From contig JAZQOV010000008.1 in assembly GCA_045628045.1 (NCBI GenBank), positions 1-32,807 of the forward strand: a stretch of 32,807 nt of DNA, in the 5' to 3' direction. Both the position numbers and the translations under genes were made by a program. The notes below the pieces were generated by a model. It was not told the origin of the DNA, did no database searches, and saw only the letters and a list, made by a program, of their open reading frames with translations. Positions 1-7,910 of this stretch are shown here, piece after piece (position 1 is the stretch's first letter; every line of letters begins with the position of its first letter). This DNA comes from Bacilli bacterium (lineage in GTDB: Bacteria > Bacillota_I > Bacilli_A > RFN20 > CAG-826).

Positions 1-37
1 AGATAAATACATTAATTATTACAATAACGAAAGAATC

Positions 38-157
38 AAAAGAAAAACAAAATGGATGCCCCCTTCTAAATTCAGGGAAGCATCCATGTTGAGCTTATGA
101 TATAATCCAATTAACTTGTCCAGCTTATTGGGTACACATCACTGTGGGCTCTTTTTT
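38..157 (-). ncRNA. Candidate structured RNA (long bulged hairpin followed by intrinsic terminator); family not recognised
   Basis: On the minus strand GAGC/GCUC (151-148 with 94-91), UGAUGUG/UAUAUCA and CCAAU/AUUGG nest into one hairpin. It is followed by the 12-bp stem AUGGAUGCUUCC/GGGGGCAUCCAU (87-52) and a U-rich tail. G-U pairs form only on the minus strand. Confidence 0.45.
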
Positions 158-158
158 G

Positions 159-187
159 TTGCTATTTTTATTAATTTATAATATATT
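159..187 (+). promoter_or_regulatory. Putative sigma-A promoter for tRNA-Lys
   Basis: TTGCTA (159-164), 17-nt spacer, TATATT (182-187). A TATAAT also lies at 177-182. Confidence 0.45.
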
Positions 188-198
188 ATATGAGCGCT

Positions 199-274
199 GC
201 ACCATTAGCTCAGCTGGTAGAGCAACTGACTCTTAATCAGTGGGTCACAGGTTCGATCCCTGCATGGTGTACCA
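199..274 (+). tRNA. tRNA-Lys, anticodon CTT
   Basis: 76-nt cloverleaf: acceptor GCACCAT/ATGGTGT, D stem GCTC/GAGC, anticodon arm ACTGA-CTCTTAA-TCAGT, T loop TTCGATC, encoded CCA end. Confidence 0.97.
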
Positions 275-286
275 TTAATAAAAATT

Positions 287-313
287 GACCACTTCAAGAA
301 GTGGTCTTTTTTT
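287..313. terminator. Intrinsic terminator after tRNA-Lys, possibly bidirectional with the convergent PAP2 gene
   Basis: GACCACTT-CAAG-AAGTGGTC followed by a T run, with an A-rich tract upstream. Confidence 0.8.
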
Positions 314-315
314 AT

Positions 316-1023
316 TTATTTCGCTTTCTTTTCTAATATTTTTTTACCAGGATTTACAAAGTAAATAATTACGTAAACAATAATTGGAATTGCTAACCCT
401 CCAAAGATATCAAGAATGTAATGTTGTTTAGTAAATACAGTGGACATTGAAATAAGAATAACCATAATAAACGAATAAATTCTAAATCCAATGTGAATTT
501 CTTTTTGTCTAAAGACACCAAGGAAACAGCAAAGACTAATTAAACAATGATATGAAGGAAATAAGTTCCACGCCCATTCGCCTCCATCTGCGCCATAAAC
601 AATACCTAATAACCAAGAAAATGGTTTATTACTATCGGCATAACCTATTAATCCTTCGTCAACTCTATTCATTCTTGTTGGAGCAAACCAGAGAATGAAG
701 AAACCTACAAAGTAGCTTATTAAAATAACAAATAAGAAATTAATAAAGTTTTGTTTACTTGTTTTTGAGGCTGCAATAGGGCCACAAATCCAGAAAATAT
801 AACTAAATAAGTAAATTAATACAAAAAATGGAATTAAAGGTATTTTGTCATCAAATGGAATTTTTGGAATGAAAGCATAGCTTACAGTGTTTGTCCAATT
901 AGATAAACCTGCAGCAAGGCGGTACATTCCATATTGAAGTCCAAATAAGACTATGCCAGCAATCCAACCGTAAAGTGGAATACTTTTTAAGAGATTTTTA
1001 AATTTATTAATTAATGGTTTCAT
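316..1023 (-). CDS. PAP2-superfamily membrane phosphatase/phosphotransferase (Aur1/Ipt1-like PAP2_3 type)
   Basis: 235 aa with about 6 hydrophobic segments and motifs FPSYH and STVFTKQHYILD. Confidence 0.8.
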   Translation of the reverse strand: MKPLINKFKNLLKSIPLYGWIAGIVLFGLQYGMYRLAAGLSNWTNTVSYAFIPKIPFDDKIPLIPFFVLIYLFSYIFWICGPIAASKTSKQNFINFLFVILISYFVGFFILWFAPTRMNRVDEGLIGYADSNKPFSWLLGIVYGADGGEWAWNLFPSYHCLISLCCFLGVFRQKEIHIGFRIYSFIMVILISMSTVFTKQHYILDIFGGLAIPIIVYVIIYFVNPGKKILEKKAK

Positions 1024-1030
1024 ATTTAAA

Positions 1031-1039
1031 ATATTACCA
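1031..1039 (-). promoter_or_regulatory. Extended -10 promoter for the PAP2 gene (likely leaderless transcript)
   Basis: Minus strand reads TG-G-TAATAT, 7 nt, then ATG. No Shine-Dalgarno. Confidence 0.5.
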
Positions 1040-1101
1040 TAAATTTTAAGATTTTTTTAATTTTATGGCGTTACTTGTTCGTAAAGTTGTTTAATTTATG
1101 A

Positions 1102-1130
1102 TTGACTTATATTAATTTTATGCTTACTTT
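1102..1130 (+). promoter_or_regulatory. Putative sigma-A promoter for pepO
   Basis: TTGACT (1102-1107), 17-nt spacer, TACTTT (1125-1130). Confidence 0.5.
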
Positions 1131-1160
1131 TATATAAACATGAATTCAAGAGGATTTTGT

Positions 1161-3053
1161 ATGGAAAAAGTAAGAATTCAAGATGATTTATTTAATTTTG
1201 TTAATGGTGAATGGATTGAAAAAGCCGTTATACCTAATGACAGACCAGTAACTGGTGGTTTTGCAAATTTAGATAAAGACGTAGAAAACTTAATGATCAA
1301 CGAATTTAAGGAAATGAGCAAAACTGGGAAATGCCCAAATGAATATGTTAAAAGAGCAGTTGACCTTTTTAAAATGGCTACTGATGTTAGCAAAAGAAAA
1401 AGACAAGGAATTAAGCCTGCTTTAAAAACATTAAATAAAATCGCATCATTAAAGGATATTTCTGCATTAAACAGAAAAATAAAGGATTTTATTGAAGAAG
1501 ATTTACCACTTCCTTTTGTTATATCAATTGAACCTGATATGAAAGACACAAAACATCATCTTCTTTATATCCAAGGTCCATCAACAATTCTTCCAGACAC
1601 TACATATTATTCAATGGAAGAACAAAAAAATGCATTACTTGGCATGTGGGTTAACATGGTTAAATCAGTCATTGCATTTACGCCACTAACTCCAGAAGAA
1701 CAAAGCAAATATATTGAAGATGCTATTAAATTCGATAGCATTATTGCAACTTTAGTAAAATCAGCTCAAGAATGGAGTGAATATACAAAAATGTACAATA
1801 TATTCACAACTAAACGAGTTTCAACTTTACTTAAACCAATCAAATTTAAAAAAGCATTAGAAAAAGTTTTTGGTTTTGTGCCAGAGAAAGTCTCTGTTGC
1901 TGATCCTAAATTCTTAAAAGGTTTTAAAACCTTATTTAATGAAGAAAATTTCGAATTGTATAAACATTGGGCATATATTCAAGAACTTTTAGGTTCCACT
2001 CAATTATTGAGCGAAGAATTACGTAATCTTGGAGGAACTTATTCAAGAGCACTTACGGGAGTTCCAGAAATGACAAAAGTAGATACTTATGCTTATCATT
2101 TAGCATCAGGAATTTACTCAAATCCTGTCGGTATTTATTATGGTGAAAAATATTTTGGGCCTGAAGCAAAAAAGGATGTAATTGAAATTGTTAAAGAAAT
2201 TATTGAAACATACAAAAAACGTATTAAGAATAATTCATTCTTACTTGAAGAAACTAAAGAAAAAGCCATTTTAAAACTTTCTAAAATGGAAATTAAAATG
2301 GGTTATCCTGATAAAATCGACCCAAAATACAAAGATATGGTTTTTGATGGCGCTAAATCATTATATGCAGCAGTTCGCACGTTGCAAAAGACAAACAAAT
2401 TATATAATATTGCCCAATTTAAGGAAGAAGTTGATAGAACAAAATGGGCAATGCCTGGGCACATGGTTAATGCTTGTTATAGTCCAACTAGTAATGACAT
2501 CACATTCCCAGCAGGAATTTTACAAGCTCCTTTCTATTCAATTAAACAATCAAGAAGTGAAAATTTAGGTGGAATTGGAGCAGTTATTGGTCATGAAATT
2601 TCACATGCCTTTGATAATAATGGCGCTAATTGTGATGAAAATGGTAATTTAAATAACTGGTGGGGAAAACAAGATTTAGTTGCCTTTAAAAAGAAAACTA
2701 AAGAAATGATTAAAGAGTTTAATGGCATCGAGCTTCCTTGGGGACCTGTTAATAGCGAACTAATCGTTAGTGAAAATATTGCTGATAACGGTGGTATGTC
2801 TGTTACTTTAGATATCATGTCCCACATGAAAGATGCAAATTATGAAGAATATTTTATAAATTGGGCAAAAGTTTGGTGTCAAAAAGCAAAACCAGAATAT
2901 CAACAATTATTATTAAGAGTAGATGTTCATGCTCCTGCAATACTTAGAGCAAATATGCAACCAAGAAATTTCACCGAGTGGTACGATACATTTAAAGTCA
3001 CAAGTAAGGATAAAATGTATATTGCACCATCTAAGAGAGTAATAATTTGGTAA
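1161..3053 (+). CDS. pepO: M13-family zinc endopeptidase PepO
   Basis: HEISH zinc motif, ENIAD, VNACY, NDITFPAGILQAPF, N-terminal RIQDDLFNFVNGEW. Start placed at ATG 1161 after GAGGA. No signal peptide. Confidence 0.93.
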   Translation: MEKVRIQDDLFNFVNGEWIEKAVIPNDRPVTGGFANLDKDVENLMINEFKEMSKTGKCPNEYVKRAVDLFKMATDVSKRKRQGIKPALKTLNKIASLKDISALNRKIKDFIEEDLPLPFVISIEPDMKDTKHHLLYIQGPSTILPDTTYYSMEEQKNALLGMWVNMVKSVIAFTPLTPEEQSKYIEDAIKFDSIIATLVKSAQEWSEYTKMYNIFTTKRVSTLLKPIKFKKALEKVFGFVPEKVSVADPKFLKGFKTLFNEENFELYKHWAYIQELLGSTQLLSEELRNLGGTYSRALTGVPEMTKVDTYAYHLASGIYSNPVGIYYGEKYFGPEAKKDVIEIVKEIIETYKKRIKNNSFLLEETKEKAILKLSKMEIKMGYPDKIDPKYKDMVFDGAKSLYAAVRTLQKTNKLYNIAQFKEEVDRTKWAMPGHMVNACYSPTSNDITFPAGILQAPFYSIKQSRSENLGGIGAVIGHEISHAFDNNGANCDENGNLNNWWGKQDLVAFKKKTKEMIKEFNGIELPWGPVNSELIVSENIADNGGMSVTLDIMSHMKDANYEEYFINWAKVWCQKAKPEYQQLLLRVDVHAPAILRANMQPRNFTEWYDTFKVTSKDKMYIAPSKRVIIW

Positions 3054-3063
3054 TTAGTAATTA

Positions 3064-3104
3064 GAAAAGAAACCGCATTCTTATATAGATTGTGGTTTTC
3101 TTTT
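3064..3104 (+). terminator. Probable intrinsic terminator after pepO
   Basis: AAACCGCA...TGTGGTTT stem (with G-U) followed by TCTTTT. Confidence 0.55.
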
Positions 3105-3127
3105 ATCTAGTAAAGTAAAATATCGTT

Positions 3128-3619
3128 ATGAAAAAAATCATATGTTTATCAGCCATTGTAGGAAGTGGTAAATCGACTTTCGCAAAATATTATAAAATCA
3201 ATCATAAAGACGAGAATGTTTTTATTGTTTCAAGTGATGAGATTAGACTTCAATTAACTGGTAAATATGATAATTTAGAGCATGAAGACGAAGTGTGGGA
3301 TCTTTATTATAAATTAATTGATAAATATAGAGATGAAAATAACAATGTAACGGTTATTGCAGATTGCACAAACATATTTAATATGTTTCGTGCTAAAATT
3401 GCTTCTATTCCAGGATTTGATAAAAGAGTGCTCGTTTACATTACAAAAGATTATGATTTGGTGCTTAAAAATAACCGTGAAAGAGATCCAGCAAAGTTTG
3501 TTCCTGAGTATGCAATTAAATCTATGTACGATAGATGGGAAAATCCTGACGAAAATACGATGAGATTATTTGATGAAGTTATTCATTTAGATGGCTGGTT
3601 TGATAAAGATGATATATAG
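3128..3619 (+). CDS. AAA_33/polynucleotide-kinase-like P-loop NTPase
   Basis: N-terminal Walker A variant SAIVGSGKST, SSDEIR, DCTN, and lid-like NRERDP..VPE, as in Pnk-type kinase domains. Confidence 0.75.
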   Translation: MKKIICLSAIVGSGKSTFAKYYKINHKDENVFIVSSDEIRLQLTGKYDNLEHEDEVWDLYYKLIDKYRDENNNVTVIADCTNIFNMFRAKIASIPGFDKRVLVYITKDYDLVLKNNRERDPAKFVPEYAIKSMYDRWENPDENTMRLFDEVIHLDGWFDKDDI

Positions 3620-3655
3620 AATTTCAATTTTTCAAAATTGCGATATAATATTATT

Positions 3656-4075
3656 ATGACAAAAACAAGCGCTAAAAAGTATTTAACCGCTATTAAGACG
3701 AGCAAGATTAAGAATTTAACCTGTGATGCCTTGTCTAAAACTTTAGGCATTTATCCTGAAATCATTGCAGAAAATCTCTCAATTTTTGATCCAATGTTAA
3801 CAATGGATATGTCCAGGAATTTAAGAGAACTTCTCCCATCGATTGAAGCATATGTTCAAAAGCTTGAAGAAGCTAAACCAGTCGAAAAACAACTACATTC
3901 TAATTCTTTAGAAATTAGAGAATATAAATCTGTTGGAGATTTCGTTTATAAAAAGATGACAATTAATGGTCTTGTTTCTAAAAATATAAAGCTCTCCGAA
4001 GATGACTTAAAAGTCCTTAAAAAACTTGTCGAAATGGAACTTATTCCAGACAAAGGAAAACGCAAAAGAAAATAA
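3656..4075 (+). CDS. Hypothetical protein with Rex-N-terminal-like winged-helix domain and no Rossmann domain
   Basis: Pattern YL..I...LTCDALSKTLGIYPEIIAENLSIF...RNLRELL..I resembles the Rex DNA-binding domain. 139 aa from ATG 3656, 6 nt after TATAAT (3644-3649). Confidence 0.55.
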   Translation: MTKTSAKKYLTAIKTSKIKNLTCDALSKTLGIYPEIIAENLSIFDPMLTMDMSRNLRELLPSIEAYVQKLEEAKPVEKQLHSNSLEIREYKSVGDFVYKKMTINGLVSKNIKLSEDDLKVLKKLVEMELIPDKGKRKRK

Positions 4076-4089
4076 GTAAAAATAATTAA

Positions 4090-4103
4090 TGAAATCGGTT
4101 TCA
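4090..4103. promoter_or_regulatory. cre-like (CcpA/LacI-type) operator upstream of nifJ
   Basis: TGAAATCGGTTTCA is a full match to TGWNANCGNTNWCA. Confidence 0.6.
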
Positions 4104-4120
4104 TACCGATTTTTTTATTT
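4092..4120 (+). terminator. Intrinsic terminator after the Rex-like gene
   Basis: AAATCGGT-TTCAT-ACCGATTT followed by a T run. Confidence 0.7.
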
Positions 4121-4138
4121 ATTCTCGTTCTTACGCGC

Positions 4139-4160
4139 TATAATGTATGCGCAAAAGGAG
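4139..4160 (+). promoter_or_regulatory. nifJ -10 box and ribosome-binding site
   Basis: TATAAT at 4139-4144 with no good -35; AAGGAG before ATG 4169. Confidence 0.6.
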
Positions 4161-4168
4161 TTTTTAAA

Positions 4169-7100
4169 ATGGAAATTAAAAAATCATTTCTCTCTGTAGA
4201 TGGTAATACAGCTGCTGCAATCGGTTCATATTATTTCACCGAAGTAGCAGGCATTTATCCTATTACTCCATCTTCCCCAATGGCCGAACTTGTTGACGTC
4301 TATGCCTCACAAGGCAAGAAGAACTTTTTCGGTACTCCTGTAAAAGTTGTTGAAATGCAATCAGAAGCCGGTGCTTCTGGTACAGTCCACGGTGCACTTC
4401 AAGCAGGTGCATTAGCCACAACTTATACAGCTTCACAAGGCTTATTGCTTATGATTCCAAACATCTATAAATGGTGTGGTGAACTTTTACCAGCTGTTTT
4501 ACATGTTTCTGCAAGATCACTCGCAACAAGATCCTTATCAATCTTTGGCGATCACCAAGATATCTATGCAATTAGACAAACTGGTATCACAATGTTATGT
4601 TCACACTCAGTTCAAGAAATTGCTGATTTAGCACCAATGGCACACTTAATTGCTATTGAATCAAGTGCTCCAATCTGCCACTTCTTCGATGGTTTCAGAA
4701 CTTCACACGAAATTCAAAACGTCGAATTTGTTGATGAAGAAGAATATCGCAAACTTTTTGATATGAAGAAAGTCGAAGAGTTTAGAGCACGCGCTTTAAA
4801 CCCACACACTCACCCAGTCACACGTGGTGGTGCAGAAAACGACGATATTTACTTCCAAGGTAGAGAAGCTCAAAATGCTCATTTCAATAATGTTATTGGC
4901 ATTGTTGAGAAATATCTTGCTAAAGCAAGCGAACTCACAGGTAGAACTTACGCACCATTCGTTTACGTTGGTGACCCAAAAGCCGATAGAGTTATCGTTG
5001 CAATGGGCTCAGTAACCGAAACAACTGCAGAAGTTATTGAAGAACTCGCAAAGAAAGGCGAAAAAGTTGGCCTTGTTAAAGTTCACTTATATCGTCCATT
5101 CTCCGCAAAACACTTAGTTAAAGTTATCCCATCATCTGTTAAGAAGATTGCAGTTCTTGATAGAACAAAAGAAATGGGCGCAACTGGCGAACCACTTTAT
5201 CTTGATGTTGTTGCAGCTCTTGCTCAAGAAGGAAGAGGAGATATTGAAGTTTATGGTGGCCGTTATGGTTTATCCTCAAAGGATACACAACCAAAACACG
5301 TCAAAGCTGTCTATGATTTCTTAGCAGCAAAACCACATCACAACTTTACTGTTGGTATTGAAGATGATGTTACAAAACTTTCAATTCCAGTTGATGACAA
5401 ATTCCATGTCGTAGCAGATTACAAATCATGCTTATTCTATGGTTTAGGCTCTGACGGTACAGTTTCTGCCAACAAGTCATCAATTAAGATTATCGGTGAT
5501 GCTACACATCAATACGCGCAAGCATATTTCGCATATGACTCACGTAAAGCTGGTGGTGTTACACGTTCACACTTAAGATTCGGTAAAACTCCTATTCGTT
5601 CTACATATTATGTAGAAAACGCAGACTTCATTTCCTGCTCACTTGATACTTATGTCTTCAAATTTGACATGATCAAGAACTTAAAAGAAGGTGGAACATT
5701 CCTCCTTAATACCGATATGAGTGATGAACAACTCGTTAAATCACTTCCAAATCGTATGAAACATCAATTAGCAGAAAAGAAAGCTAAATTCTATGTTATT
5801 GATGCTAATAAGATTGCAGCAGAAATTGGTATGGGTAGACACACCAATACAATTCTCCAAGCTTCATTCTTCTATCTTAACCAAGGCATTATGCCTTACG
5901 ATGAAGCAAATAAATGGATGAAGAAATTTGCTGAAAAATCCTATGCAAAGAAAGGCCAAGAAGTTGTCGAACTCAACTGGAAGGCTATCGATGCAGGTAC
6001 AGAAGGACTTCGTGAAGTCAAAGTCGATCCAAAATGGATTGAACTTGATACAAAACGTGTTCGTGAAACAACTGGCGATGAATATTTTGATTCATACGTC
6101 AATGTTATGGGCACACTTGATGGCGATACTCTTCCAACAAGTAAGTTCACAGAATTCGAACTTCTTGATGGTACAATGAGAAACGACATCACTTTCAGTG
6201 AAAAACGTTCAATTGCTGATAAAGTTCCAGTTTGGAATAAGGCAGATTGTATTCAATGTAACCAATGTGCATTCGTATGTCCACATGCTACATTAAGACC
6301 ATTCCTCCTTTCTGAAGAAGAACTTGCAAAAGCTCCAGCAATCGTCAAAGACGATGTTGCTAATGTTATGGGTCCAAATCCAAATAATTACAAATATCGT
6401 TTACAAGTTTCACCAAAGAACTGTGTTGGTTGTGGACTTTGTGTTTCTGAATGTACTGCTAATAAGATGGGCAAGAAAGCTCTTGTTATGGCAGAAGCAA
6501 AAGAACAATTCGTACAAGAAGAAGGTGCAAATTACCTTTACAAACATGTTGAATATAAATCAAATATGCCAACAACAACTGTTAAAGGTGCAGCATTCTT
6601 AATGCCATACATGGAAATTTCTGGTGCTTGTGCTGGATGTGGAGAAACTCCATATTACAAACTTGCAACTCAATTATTTGGTAAAGATATGCTTATTGCT
6701 AATGCAACAGGCTGTTCATCAATTTACTCAGGTTCAACTCCATTAACTCCATTCTGCACAGATAAGAATGGTGAAGGTGTTGCTTGGGCAAACTCACTCT
6801 TTGAAGATAATGCTGAATTTGGTTTTGGTATGAGAGCAGCAACTAACTACAAGTTAGGACAAATTTGCTCAATTCTTGAACCAGCTCTTGAAAGAGATTC
6901 TGTAGAAGCTTCCTTAAAGGAAGAAATCAAGAAATATCTTGAAAATATCAAGAATAAAGAAGAAGCACGCAAGATTATTCCTGAACTCGTCAAACTTGTT
7001 AAAGCAAGTAAAGATGAAGAAGTTAAAGGCGTTCTTGCTTACGAAAGAGACTTACTTGATAAATCAGTTTGGATCGTCGGTGGTGACGGTTGGGGCTACG

Positions 7101-7708
7101 ATATCGGTTATGGTGGATTAGACCACGTTATCGCAAATGATGAAGATGTTAACATCTTACTTCTTGATACAGAAGTTTACTCAAATACTGGTGGACAATC
7201 ATCTAAATCTTCACAAACAGGTTCTATCGCTAAATTTACCGCAAGCGGTAAGACAGGCGAAAAGAAGAATCTTGCTCTTATCGCAATGAGCTATGGTCAT
7301 ACTTATGTTGCTCAAATTTCATTAGGTGCAAACCCAATGGCAGCAATCAAAGCAATGAAAGAAGCTGAAAGTTACAATGGCCCATCACTAATTATCTGCT
7401 ATGCACCTTGTGCAAACCATGGTATTAAGGGTGGCTTATCCAACTCAATGAAAGTTGAAAAAGCAGCTGTTGAATCAGGTTACTTCACATGCTTCCGTTA
7501 TGATCCAAGATTAGTCGCAGAAGGAAAACCAGGTTTACAACTCGATTGTAAAGAACCAGACTTCTCCAAATTCCGTGACTTCTGTATGGGAGAAACAAGA
7601 TTCTCACAACTTCCAAAAGTTAATCCAGAACATTGCGAAGAATTACTCGCAAAAGCTGAAAGATGCGCTAAGGAACGTTGGGAACGTATCAAAAAATTCG
7701 GTTTATAA
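4169..7708 (+). CDS. nifJ: Pyruvate:ferredoxin (flavodoxin) oxidoreductase, single-chain type
   Basis: 1179 aa; YPITPSS, EMQSEAGA, GLGSDGTV, CxxCxxCxxxCP and CxxCxxCxxxC ferredoxin motifs, GACAGCGE, TPP motif GGDGW...DTEVYSNTGGQ. Confidence 0.97.
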   Translation: MEIKKSFLSVDGNTAAAIGSYYFTEVAGIYPITPSSPMAELVDVYASQGKKNFFGTPVKVVEMQSEAGASGTVHGALQAGALATTYTASQGLLLMIPNIYKWCGELLPAVLHVSARSLATRSLSIFGDHQDIYAIRQTGITMLCSHSVQEIADLAPMAHLIAIESSAPICHFFDGFRTSHEIQNVEFVDEEEYRKLFDMKKVEEFRARALNPHTHPVTRGGAENDDIYFQGREAQNAHFNNVIGIVEKYLAKASELTGRTYAPFVYVGDPKADRVIVAMGSVTETTAEVIEELAKKGEKVGLVKVHLYRPFSAKHLVKVIPSSVKKIAVLDRTKEMGATGEPLYLDVVAALAQEGRGDIEVYGGRYGLSSKDTQPKHVKAVYDFLAAKPHHNFTVGIEDDVTKLSIPVDDKFHVVADYKSCLFYGLGSDGTVSANKSSIKIIGDATHQYAQAYFAYDSRKAGGVTRSHLRFGKTPIRSTYYVENADFISCSLDTYVFKFDMIKNLKEGGTFLLNTDMSDEQLVKSLPNRMKHQLAEKKAKFYVIDANKIAAEIGMGRHTNTILQASFFYLNQGIMPYDEANKWMKKFAEKSYAKKGQEVVELNWKAIDAGTEGLREVKVDPKWIELDTKRVRETTGDEYFDSYVNVMGTLDGDTLPTSKFTEFELLDGTMRNDITFSEKRSIADKVPVWNKADCIQCNQCAFVCPHATLRPFLLSEEELAKAPAIVKDDVANVMGPNPNNYKYRLQVSPKNCVGCGLCVSECTANKMGKKALVMAEAKEQFVQEEGANYLYKHVEYKSNMPTTTVKGAAFLMPYMEISGACAGCGETPYYKLATQLFGKDMLIANATGCSSIYSGSTPLTPFCTDKNGEGVAWANSLFEDNAEFGFGMRAATNYKLGQICSILEPALERDSVEASLKEEIKKYLENIKNKEEARKIIPELVKLVKASKDEEVKGVLAYERDLLDKSVWIVGGDGWGYDIGYGGLDHVIANDEDVNILLLDTEVYSNTGGQSSKSSQTGSIAKFTASGKTGEKKNLALIAMSYGHTYVAQISLGANPMAAIKAMKEAESYNGPSLIICYAPCANHGIKGGLSNSMKVEKAAVESGYFTCFRYDPRLVAEGKPGLQLDCKEPDFSKFRDFCMGETRFSQLPKVNPEHCEELLAKAERCAKERWERIKKFGL

Positions 7709-7729
7709 TTTAGTAAGCTGATATAAATT

Positions 7730-7756
7730 AGAGAGTACAAAGTACTCTCTTTTTTT
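7730..7756 (+). terminator. Intrinsic terminator after nifJ
   Basis: AGAGAGTAC-AAA-GTACTCTCT followed by TTTTTT. Confidence 0.88.
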
Positions 7757-7892
7757 GTATTTTTTTGTATTCGAAGACATGTCGTTGCTAATTCTAAAAG
7801 AGCTACAGAAATGGCGTCACAAAGATAAATAAGAATTTTTTTGTTAATGTTCACTCATAATAGGAATAATTATTTAATAATTGATGGTTATA

Positions 7893-7901
7893 TGCTAAAA
7901 T
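7893..7901 (+). promoter_or_regulatory. Extended -10 promoter of the uvrA operon
   Basis: TG-C-TAAAAT, 9 nt before ATG 7911. No Shine-Dalgarno. Confidence 0.55.
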
Positions 7902-7910
7902 CATTACAAT

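Noticed and set aside
108-132. Resemblance of TTAACTTGTCCAG to a PyrR binding loop
   Set aside because: The downstream GAG-containing half of the motif is missing and no pyrimidine gene follows on the plus strand.
199-316. tRNA-Lys as an integration site for an island or prophage
   Set aside because: No integrase, and no repeat of the tRNA 3' end was seen in the window. Flanking genes are housekeeping-like.
7498-7854. 118-aa minus-strand ORF beginning in the nifJ-uvrA gap
   Set aside because: GTG start with no SD, overlaps the nifJ 3' end antisense, runs through the terminator, and shows no recognisable motif.
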